From NCBI GenBank assembly GCA_030141605.1, contig JAQGDQ010000098.1:576269-640268 (forward strand): 64,000 nucleotides of DNA. Direction: 5' to 3'. Source of the stretch: Tubiluchus corallicola. Lineage: Eukaryota > Animalia > Priapulida. The notes beneath the pieces were generated by a model. That model saw only the letters and a list, made by a program, of their open reading frames with translations. It had not been told where the DNA came from and did not search any database. Both the position numbers and the translations under genes were made by a program. Positions 14,501 to 24,722 of this stretch are shown here, one piece after another; position 1 is the first letter of the stretch, and every line of letters starts with the position of its first letter.

Positions 14501-17500
14501 ACGGTTTACTCAACTATGACTAAACAGCTTACCCTAATTTTCATTTTTTGGCTTCGTGATTGCACCCTTCAGCAAATCCACGGTTTTTCGTAACACCATT
14601 ATCAAAGCCCCTATCTGCACATTAGAGTTCATATAAAATGAAAGTGAATACCTAAAAACAACCTGATGCCTAACAAATATGATGAAAAATTAGCTCACGG
14701 ATTCTTCTAGATCTGATACAAATCTGGATAAGAAACAAATTATTTGATACTCACCGTACTTGCTGTCCATTACTGGCAAGTGGACAGGGCATCTCGTCCA
14801 AGTCTGGCAGCTCTTGAACTGAATCAGAAAATAATGACTTCTTTGATCTTCCATTGCCTGCTTGTGGTGTTTGCTTGTTCTCATCAGACAATGCAAGATG
14901 GCTGCTCAAACTTTTCAAATCATCTTCTGAAGAGTGGTTCAAGTCTGGCAATTGGCTCTTATTAAAAGGAGCAGACCAAAGTTCCTCAGATTCACTGCCA
15001 TCTAGAAAAAATAGTAGGGTTTGGTTCAACACATAATTTGGCACTTTGCCATTAATGCAATTTCACGTTAAATCTTTAGATGACTGCTGTCGTTAGGTTA
15101 CCCATCTCTCCTACTGGCTCTTGTGTAATCGAACAGTATCACTTGTTGTGCACAATACACTTATTATTAGCAGGTAAGATCTGGATTTTCCTTTCCTTGT
15201 GTTCGTTGTTTGTTTTTAAAGTTATGGAAACATTTGAATTACGCGCAATCATTTCATGTTTAGAATATATAGCGTATTGAAGTCACTTGCTTACACCGCA
15301 TAACTAATTAGCACATTACAGTCAGGATAGATTTCCAATAATGCCATAGAAGTAGACTGCTGAAGATACAGAGATTTATAGATTGTAACATCTAGCAAGA
15401 GACAATATTTTCTTATATCTTGTCATATTACTGTTGACACTACGTCACAAATTAAATGATGTTGATTCAGTCAGGTAAGCAACTCTATGAATCAGAAAGA
15501 CAAGGTTAAGGTCGCATAAACATTTAAAAATCGTGTAGGAATTCTAATAATGACTCTTACCATCTGATTTTACTTTATTGTTGCTGCCAAATCTTTCATT
15601 CTCAGAGAACAAAATTTCTGAATCTAAAAAATGATTTCCATTAACGCTGTTCCCTGGAGATTTTGAAGAAAAATCCGTGGTCAAAAACTGAGGACCAGCA
15701 GTGATAATACTTGGAGAAGATGAGAGATCTAGAAAGCTTTGCTGGTTGATACTCTCAGTGCGTCGTGCCTGGGATTCCTCACAAGTGTCAATGCTAGAAA
15801 CACATGAAACCTCATTTTGTCTTTTTAACCTAGTGGCTAAATCAGGCAACATAGATTCTTCCATGCAAGTAAAATACATAGATGATTCTCTTTTTTGGGG
15901 TCCAATATCAAGAGACTCCCGAACGATGTTTACTTGCTCATCTAAAGCCAACTCACTTGGCTCACATTCTACAACTATTATACTATCCGTCATCTGAAAT
16001 AAATTGGGTAGATCAGCATTTAATCTATCCGTGCTTATGTTCTCCAATGCACTAGAGCAACGAGAACTATTTTCGCTTCCACTCTGAAATCCCAAAGTAA
16101 TAGGTTTGTCTTTACCAAGGAAGCTACTAAGTGAATCGTTTTTGGTTTTCCTCCTTCGTTCACGACCCGTCACATTATTGAATCTATTTTCATCTGATTT
16201 GATTAAATCGGTATAGCTTCCGCCACTTCCGGCATGGTCCAAGATATCTAAACATCTACCATGTTCACTAGACAAATCACTAAAATCTGATTTCTCTTGG
16301 CCGTGTCCTAAAGTGAGATGTTTCAGACGATCGTTTAAGCAGTTAAACGGAGAATTAGTCCTCGTCACTCTCAATGAATTACTTTTTTCATCGCAATATG
16401 ATGACACTGCATGGTGTAAAGGGTTTGAAGAAACTAGAGCTCGATTACTTCTATCAGATTCATCATCAGTGAGAAATACAGAATCAAGATACCCAAGATC
16501 AAAATTGTTCTCTTCATATGACGATATGTCTAAAGATGAAAGCGATAAAGCTTTCTTCGAGGTTTGATCATGAGTGTCGTTACGAAAAGTACCACAGGAG
16601 GTACTGTAGCATTCCACAAGTTCTGCTGTAGTGGAATCAGAAGTTGCTTTTGGTTTTGATAGTGCAGAATTCTGAGACTGGATATTTTCCACCAAATGCA
16701 AGAACATATTGTCACTCTCACGTCTGACAGGGCTGTTGTGTAGAGAATCCTTTGGCGAATTCATTGTTTTATGGGCACAAATGCGGCTTTCACTCACAGT
16801 CTTTCCTTTCATACAGTGGCTACCCATAAAAGTGGATAACAATGTGTCCTGTTCATTGATTCTGTGTTCACCATGGCTATTGGAGTGTGGTACTTGTTTC
16901 TTCACTCTTGTCTTTTTTCTTGACAACTTCATTAATTTTTTGCCACTACTGGTTGCAACTCCATCTTTTTCTTCAATGAAGTGTGTGTCTTTGGTCACAC
17001 TATTATGTGACGTCAATGCATACCGAATGGGCTGTTGGACTGGGCAGGAAATATTAGACGAATTTATTCCAACCTGTTAAATAGTATACATCAATTATCT
17101 TGCATTGAAAGTGAAAAATCTGGGACATAGCTTTCTTTTAATAGACTTCCAATTCTAATGATAGAAAAATGCACACAAATTTAATAATTTAATGTCCAAA
17201 TCCCCAATACCTGAGTTTTTGATCTCATAAGTCTCCATAGAGACTAACATCATCTATTAACAAAAGCTAACGAGAGACAAATTGCCAAATTTCAATTAAA
17301 TTTTAATTATAATTAGCTTGCTAGCTGCTAACACATGATGAGCTAGACAGTGTTTATTTAAGTCACCTTCCCAAGTTCAAGAAAAAACTGCATGCCTCAT
17401 CTTTCTTTAGCTTTATTGTTTTCACATTAAGCTACAAACACAATTAAAAATATAACTGTTTCTAATACATGAAAGAGCGCGAAAGTACTGGCGGCGCTGA

Positions 17501-18085
17501 ATATCATCAAATACATGAATGAGCTACATGAATTGCATTATTATTTGTTTTGGCTTGATTTATAGCATTGAAAGTGACAGTTGATGTCGAAATGGTCATC
17601 TGCGCTAATAAACAACATGTTAGTAACTGTTTCTTCTAATAATTTGCATATTAACGTTCAAAAAATTTTCTATAAAATGTTTCTGTTTATTACCAATGCA
17701 CAATAATTAAGCCAAAAACATAGCACTTGGCAACATATAAAAAGTAAAATAATGGATTTCTTTCACGTAACGAAGATAGAACGTATACTAGGATAAGTTA
17801 TGGATAACAACAACGTTATAAGCATGTAAAGCACTGCACAGACAGAAGTTGAGCACTTCGCATTTCGTATGATTTTCAGGAAGGACATAAACCAAATATT
17901 TTGCTCCAACATTTGAAAAAAATCCAAAATAATTGATTAACCTCACTTTAGGCTTGTTTTCAACATGATAGGTTACAAGAAAATCATACCGCCCCTGAAT
18001 TTATTCCTGACGCATTTTCTTTGTTGCTTGATCTTTTTACTGAAGATATGTCATTCTTTTTGTGTCTCATTCTTGCCGAAGCCAT
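2511..18085 (-). CDS. GCNA: Germ cell nuclear acidic protein (GCNA/ACRC): disordered acidic N-terminus, SprT metalloprotease, C2C2 zinc finger and HMG box; 14 exons, about 1038 aa
   Basis: Phase-compatible GT-AG exons (minus): 18085-17990, 17073-15561, 15001-14755, 14126-14053, 13306-13261, 12899-12835, 12557-12512, 11480-11302, 10634-10572, 9977-9781, 6772-6631, 6106-6010, 5395-5288, 2754-2511. Motifs: LYNEKVFDNKLPKDLSITWNPRMRKTAGFC; IELSTKVCDSAERVKSTLIHELCHAAAW (HExxH); DGHGPLWKHW; RCHDYTINTKFIYRCTQC...IGRHSKSID...VCGLCKG; FAMYVKENYGSVKK...HQEVMKILSAEF (HMG). The C-terminal exons are the most secure. Confidence 0.9.
2861..4982. mobile_element. Non-autonomous pogo/Tigger (Tc1/mariner superfamily) type DNA element, interrupted by a LINE fragment
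   Basis: TA|CAGTATAATGCGTTTATAACGA at 2859 and the inverted TCGTTATAATGATGTTATACTG|TA ending at 4984. The target duplication is TA and TTATAACGAG-type subterminal motifs repeat. Confidence 0.7.
3314..4219 (+). mobile_element. 5'-truncated non-LTR retrotransposon (L2/CR1 group), ORF2 RT C-terminal half
   Basis: Open frame LFLIYINDLP...RIFADYTNLF...WMRANQLSINYKKTKFM...KYLGLLIDNKLTWEPHI...LYNSLVFPYLQYSILTWG...HSYSTR...GVKLWNSLP, which are typical LINE RT and thumb motifs. The catalytic FADD reads FADY. Confidence 0.9.
7600..9560 (-). mobile_element. Degenerate non-LTR retrotransposon ORF2 with stops and frameshifts, clade uncertain
   Basis: Minus-strand remnants GWNELVKPLEQQALFWHNIWCENGRP (9073-9333), CLIDFTKSFDRV (about 8420-8460), DGIRQESVLSGILFILYVDELL and LSYADNVALLVPS (about 8180-8340), and LLKLFNAYCCAF (7703-7936). 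Boundaries are approximate. Confidence 0.8.
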
Positions 18086-19379
18086 ACTATTGACAAAAAA
18101 TTAGTAGAAACCTGGAAATAAGAAAAAATATTAAAGAAAAACTGGACGATTGTGTAGACATTAGTTAAAAATAAAAAATGTTCTAAAATATTGAAAACCA
18201 CAACAGCTCTTTTTAAATCAAAGTTTAGATTAAATAACAATTACCTCGGCTAATTAAATTTTGTTAAACTTTCAAAGCTATGCGCAAATCAGCAAATCCA
18301 CTAAGAGTGGCAATGACACCTTTTTGTCACATTTGTGCAGCCGACAAATAAGTGCGGTACTGAGATAAACATCATCATGAACTGCAGTATTCATCTGTGA
18401 TGTCAGTGTGATGTAGAGCTCGTTTTCGTGACATCACATCAGCATCTTATAGCAATGTTCGCTTATGCAAACATGCTTGATGTGCAGAAAGATGCCTACC
18501 ATTGTACAAACTGTGGATAGTTTGTCATGTAAGCAATAGCAGTGTCCAGTTGCCGTTAATTAACTTTCCAAAATGTATATTATGGACAGTAAATTAAAAT
18601 GAGATTGAATCAATCGTCTGGTGCTCCTTTAACTACATTTTCAAAACAGACAGTCTTTACGTTAAACATGATATTTAAAATGTAAAACAATTATTTTTAC
18701 ATAGCTAGTTCTCAAATTTTTTAACATTTTTAAGCATCTCAGCATGCAGCAAGTAACATGTTCATTCATCATGCATAATATTACACAACGTAATAGGAAA
18801 GATTTTTTTCAGAACATTAATTATCTAATGTGTGTTAAAAGTTACTTATAAAGTACATTGAATATTGACAACTATGAATATTTAAAACCGTTAAGTTTTA
18901 GACACAAAAAGCTGTTTTGTGGGAGTACAAACACTGGTATTACGGCACACAAAATTTACTCAAAAAGTGTCAAAGACTAAAAAAAGATTAATCATAAAAG
19001 AAAAAAGTTTTACTTGGAATCAGCTGAGTGAACCAGAATTTTTTTCTATGGCTAACATTATTTATGAAGCAGAAAATGACATGCAAAATACTTTGGCAGT
19101 TTTTATTTGCACTGCAATTTCGGCAATGCAATGCATCGGCTCTAATAAAGTAAACCAAGCATTGTAGGACCATATTCTTCCCAGAATTAAAGGTAGTCAT
19201 CCTAACAATCTGCAAGTACTGCAACTAGACTCCTGGGCGTAAGATTCGCTGCTAGGCTACTAGGATGCTGTGTTATAATATAGTTTGCCTATAGTCTCCG
19301 TTGAATGTAGTATAAGTCACTCACAGCACATTTAAGAGGTAATCCGTGATAAAGAAGTTATGTTAGTTATAATTATGCA

Positions 19380-19960
19380 ATTACCTTTATAGAATAGCCC
19401 GTGAGGTTTCCAGCTTTAAAGATCTAGGAATGATGATGCAATTAATGATTAAATGATTTGAAGTTTAATGATCATATTCCTGAATTAGAAAAAAAGGCAG
19501 TAGACATATTGTATGAAAAAACTAATTGTAATTAGCAGAGATTCTTTTGTCATTTTGCCTTAAATATAAAAGTTTAATCCATAATTGTTGCAATATGCTG
19601 CTGTTGTATGGTCGTCGCAATATATTATGTGTATTCAGTGCCTTGAAGCAACTCAGAAGCATGGCTTCTGACAGCGCATCATATTGATTTGTCACTGTGA
19701 CTTCTCTAGCTATACTGATTCAGAAACTGTATATAAGATTTTGAATGGTGATATGTACTATACTGCAGTCAACTGATTTATTTTCTAGACTTTCATTTAC
19801 ACACAAACAATTTTTTTTGTCCTAGCATTAGAACTAATGAGTAATGTGGGGAAACATTTCTTTAGTCGCAATAATGTGGTTAGTTCATGGAATTGTCTCC
19901 CAAGTAATATGTTAACTTCAGAGAACATCAGCAAATTTAAAAGCGGAATCAGAATAGCTC
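19380..19960 (+). mobile_element. Highly decayed CR1-type LINE 3' ORF2 remnant
   Basis: Fragments LQYAAVVWS...IQCLEATQK and KHFFS..NVVSSWNCLPSNMLTSENISKFKS resemble the CR1 C-terminus (LEYA.VWSP; HFFS.RVV..WN.LP). Confidence 0.55.
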
Positions 19961-20126
19961 ATTCAATGCCAATTATAGGCTAGCGTTAGTCAACCGTTCA
20001 ACGATATCGATTCAATGTCAACATCTTTGAAAGGCATCTGTACTATAGAATAAATTACAAATGATTGCTTTGTTACATATTATTACATTTATTATTACAT
20101 ATATTACATTTATTTTTACTAATCAT

Positions 20127-20463
20127 AACTCGTCTTATCCGAAACATACAGCGGTTCACTGGCTTCACTTCACCGTTTCCAAGGTGTGCAGAACCTGTAT
20201 TAGATGTGCAAGAGCAGATTATTTTCTTCTGACGTCATTATATGGTCATTCCTGGTTCTGTAAACGAGTGTCACCCTTTCCCTTCATTACATTTCGTTAT
20301 AACAGATATACGTTTTTTCTTGATTCTATAATTTCTCTAAATGCTCTTACTAATCGTTCAAGGGTTTCTATTTCTGTGTTTTATAGTCTCTATCCTTACA
20401 TTATACTGTACTAGTATTATATTATTTTTTCTAACCAAAACTCGCCTTATCCGAAACTTACAG
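20127..20463 (-). mobile_element. Short retroposed copy of a LINE 3' end, flanked by a ~25-bp direct repeat
   Basis: 20166-20408 is a diverged copy of 20745-21000. It is flanked by AACTCGTCTTATCCGAAACATACAG (20127-20151) and AACTCGCCTTATCCGAAACTTACAG (20439-20463). Confidence 0.6.
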
Positions 20464-20744
20464 TTTCTAGACGTCTAAAACATTAGGTAATCAATATTTG
20501 CCTTGAACCTTTGTAAAACGGGAGCATAATTAGCATTTAAATTTTGCACCTAATCGGCGAGTGCAATAAGCAAAATCTTTTTCATTCATTCCGTGGCGCA
20601 CGTACTCTGACATGACTCTTGTGATCACTAAGGGTGAGCACTCTCTACTAGAAAGCGAATTCGAATTGAGTTTGAAAGTTTTTCGAATAAGTTTTTGAAC
20701 AACTAGTAAAAAGTGGTCTTCAGAGGTTGAGCAGTCATTGGCTC

Positions 20745-21400
20745 TACTTCACCTTTTCCAAGATGAGCGCAGTAAACCTATTAAGTGTGCAAAAGCAGAT
20801 TATTTTCTTCTGATGGCATTATATGGTCATTCCTACTTCTGCATATGAGCGTCATCTTTCCCATTCATTTCATTCTGTTGTAGCAGCTACATGTTTTCTC
20901 TTGATTTCATAATTTCTCCAAAATTAATGCTGTTACTAATCGTTGAAGGGTATCCATTTCTGTTGTTTTTATAATCTCTATATCCTTACATTATACTTAT
21001 TTATTATTCTTTTGAACTCTTCACAACTTAATGGATGTTCTGTGGCACTTCCTGAATTCTGCACTTAGGATATAGTAAATCTTCCAATTTGTTTCCTTTG
21101 TAATTGCATTTCAATTCTTTCATATTTGATTTAATGGAAGTATATTTCCTATATCTGCAAGACCACGCTCTCTGATATATCGTTGTTTCTCCTACTCTCA
21201 CCATCAACAAATCTTAATTTTGTCGTTCTCTGTACTTTATCTTTATGTTCCTGTAATATTTCTTAATTTACAGCTTTTTTAATTAATTTTTTCCATGTTT
21301 TTTCTCCATTTTTTATTGGATTATTCCATTTCTTAATTTTCCGTCTGTTTTTATTGTCTTTTTTCTTAGTAAATTTCGTTTTCATATAAATAAATTATTT
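20745..21400 (-). mobile_element. Decayed LINE 3' end (ORF2 C-terminal cysteine-rich region plus 3' UTR)
   Basis: Minus ORF 21028-21210 reads IKSNMKELKCNYKGNKLEDLLYPKCRIQEVPQNIH, resembling the LINE C-terminal CxxC...E.H motif. Its downstream sequence is duplicated at 20166-20408. Confidence 0.5.
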
Positions 21401-21674
21401 AGTTTTCTTCAAGCTAAATGTTAAAATATCAACATCGTCTTTACAATTATCATTAATGATGTGAGTAAGATCTTTTACTTCATGTTGGAGTTCAATCAGT
21501 TCTCCTTGCAAAGTTACGTTAGCAAATCGGACACAAGACTATTTTATTTATTTATTTAACCATACCATTACGTAAGGTTATGTAAAAACTAGCTAACCTA
21601 GGCTTAATTAATGTAAGGATACGTAATTGATTTAATATGACTACTGTATTTTGGTATTTGCGGAAAAGCAGTGT

Positions 21675-22291
21675 CGTACATGGGCAGCCCAAGTAGGGCA
21701 CTAGTGATTTCTGTCGAGAATCGAGATTTATGAGATAATAAAACACAAACTAAATATGTTTTAGAAAAAAGTAACTTTATAATAATGATGGATAGTCCTT
21801 GACAATTTACAAATGTATTTTTTACAACAATATCATCATTATTTTTAGCCCCATTAATAATTATCATCATAACATTAAACTAAGTATCTAACGCTTTAAA
21901 GAGAAAAACTACATAGAGACACACATAACTCGCTAACCCGTTTACTTAGTAGAAACCAGTTATTTGTTCAAGAGGGAGTGAAAAGGATCAACTATCTGTG
22001 AAGCAAGACAAAATAAAAAATGATATACCTGAAGCAAATGTTGGAATGCCTAAAAAGTGCACTTATTTCACTTCAAAGAAAATTAATATTGGCAAAATTA
22101 TACTAGCTCACAATAAAATTCGTTTATTTTATCAGATGTATAATAAATTATTCAACGTGTATTGACGTGTTTAATTATTATTATTATTATTACATAAACA
22201 AGGACAACGGACGGTGCCAGTACGCTTAACGACTCAATTCGCGACTTGTCTGAGTTGTCTCTAGTGTCCTACTTGGGCTAGCCCATGTACG
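21675..22291. repeat. ~30-bp inverted repeat pair (MITE ends or paired promoter elements)
   Basis: CGTACATGGGC-AGCCCAAGTAGGGCACTAG (21675-21704) versus the reverse complement of 22261-22291, CGTACATGGGCTAGCCCAAGTAGGACACTAG: one mismatch and one indel. Confidence 0.8.
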
Positions 22292-23103
22292 CCAATTGTC
22301 CTACTTCAGCTAATGCATTACTTGGCTCCCAACAGCTAATGTGTACCTCTTAAAACTTATCAGTTTTGCGATCTGACGAACAGTTTTGCAGAACTGAGAG
22401 AGACTTAGTTTTGAGTTGCTAGTACTCGGTGGAGGCAGAGTTTTGGAAAACAGTAATTTTGGTGTTCGTGTTTCATTGATCATGAATAATGGTGAACTCA
22501 GTCAATGAGCGTTTATCTTTGTTGGAGGCTCAACCTGGAGTTGTCAGTAATCAAAATTATTTCTTTGCTTAGGAGCTATGAGTTCGTAGTCTCTGAAATC
22601 AAGTTTATTTTTCTCTGTAACATTTCAGAAACATGTGCATGTGATAAAAATATACAAACATAATTAGAGTAATAAACGTGGTAATAAAGTAAATATAAAT
22701 TAAAAAGTCACAAGTCTGTTACCCTTTATTTGGCAATAGGAAGATTGAATAATGATGTAATTGTAGATAATATATGCATAATTTTCATCTGTATTAATTT
22801 GATAAGTTTTTTATATACATTATCAAGTTATTTGCGTCAAAATTAAATACATGAGTAAAGCATATTTTTTAAAAAAGATTGAACAAAATTAACGTTGTTT
22901 TGAAAAGACCCATGGCATGACCTTTAGCAGAACTTGAAGTATAGATGGAAATTAGATGCATTAAAAAATGAGTGCGGCATGGTACATTGTGGGGTTTGCT
23001 TTATAGAGTTTATCGTTATATTCTCCCCCTTGTGTGCAATTTTCTGGCACGTCCTGTCATCAGTTTGAAAGGCGATTTATTACATTTTATTGTACGTGCT
23101 TAA

Positions 23104-24088
23104 CTCCTTCACGACAACGAATATTTGTATATTCTTGACATACCCGGGCAAAAATGCCCATAATGGCCTAATTGTTGAGATACTAGTGCAAAAATATGTA
23201 TTTTCTAAAGAGAATTGAATTTTCTTTCTAACACTGTCAATGAAATGTTTAGATTCCTTTATTTATTTGAGTAATTAACAGGATGCTACAAAGTAGATAG
23301 TTTGTATCTAAAACTGTTTACTTAAAAACTATAGAGCATTCTTTTCTGTGCAAGAGTTTGCAAAAAGTATTCAAATCACTCTAACTTTGTAAAGTTGACA
23401 GCTGTTCAAATGCGCTAAGGTGTTATGAAATTTGTACAGGAATATAACAGCTTGCTACAGATGAGTCTGCCCTGCATGGCTATTGAATTGACAGTTGGCA
23501 CTCCTGCCATGATATGTAGTTGTATAGAATTTAGCGTGAATCGTATTGTATTATGAATTTGTTTACTTACAACAGGTTTTTCAAAGGATGAAAGTTTGTA
23601 ACAGATTATTACAGAAGTGATAAGTCCAGCAGTGATGTTGTACAAAAAACACAAAAATGCTGTTAATATTTTTTCATTCTTTGTATTGTACATTCAAAAG
23701 CACAATAATGTTCAAGCGTGTTCAAAGTACAGCTCACTGTCAGCACTTTCTGTTGTTACATTCTGTGAACAAATGCCCAGATGATAACAAAAATTACGTT
23801 AGCGGTGCTAATAATAGCCTGTGCTAATGAGTGAAAGGCAGATCAATGTTTGCTGCTACATGAGATGCTATACAAGTGCAAAGCAAAACTTTTGTTCATT
23901 AGTTTGCAAAAACTTCTTCAAAGACTGACAACGAAGAACACAAAAGAACATTTTGTTCTAATATGTAATTTACTTGTATTTTAGCTGCTTCTTTCAAAAT
24001 TTCATTAGATTTCATTGAATGAGTTAATAAGACATTGTTTTTACCCATCACAGACGACGGGTGAATGTATGTACCCATCGGGAAGGAG
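23104..24088. mobile_element. Non-autonomous piggyBac-like element
   Basis: TTAA|CTCCTTCACGAC ... ATCGGGAAGGAG|TTAA: TTAA target duplication (23100-23103 and 24089-24092) with inverted termini CTCCTTC.CGA. No transposase ORF. Confidence 0.65.
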
Positions 24089-24722
24089 TTAAACAGGGAT
24101 AATCATGTAATAAGATTTCTGGCAAATCATGCAAAATTCTCAGGTTACATAATTCTTTTATAAGCAGAATAGTATATTATGTGATGTATTATATTATGAT
24201 CAGCTGTTTTGTGTTCAAAATATTATATATTTTTCTAAAAATTCATTGCAGGAAGACAGACACTTGTTTTCGCTTCTGGAATTTCATTAACTGCAATTAT
24301 AACTCATAATACTAATACTTATTCGTGGTGCAACATTAAGACCCTTCATTAATACTTTCATGTACAATGTGAGTCATCTGAAATGGTGTAGCTGTTATAA
24401 TTATATTGTGTGAAAATGAATGTAAATTGCAATGTTATTATGAAATAAAATTCACATTTAGCTCACCTTTGCACCTACCCCATCAGTTTGACACTTGTTA
24501 TGGTTCTAATTTTAGTATCTTTGTGTAAGAAACCCAAAACTGGGTTGTATCATATGCTCAGTCTCTAAACAACTTTTTTGTGGTGCTTGCCACTTTAACT
24601 ACAGTGACATGTTAAACAATTTACATTTGCAAGAGTGCACCTTTACATTACTATTATCATGATGTAAACACATTTTTTATACTTTATTGTCATTCTTATT
24701 TGTATGTTTTGCAGTAATTGCA

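Noticed and set aside
14533-14615. Extra GCNA exon with good AG and GT sites
   Set aside because: All three frames contain a stop and the flanking exons already join in phase. At most it is a poison exon.
17210-17432. Additional small GCNA exons
   Set aside because: The candidate exons give stops or phase mismatches, and 17990 joins 17073 cleanly.
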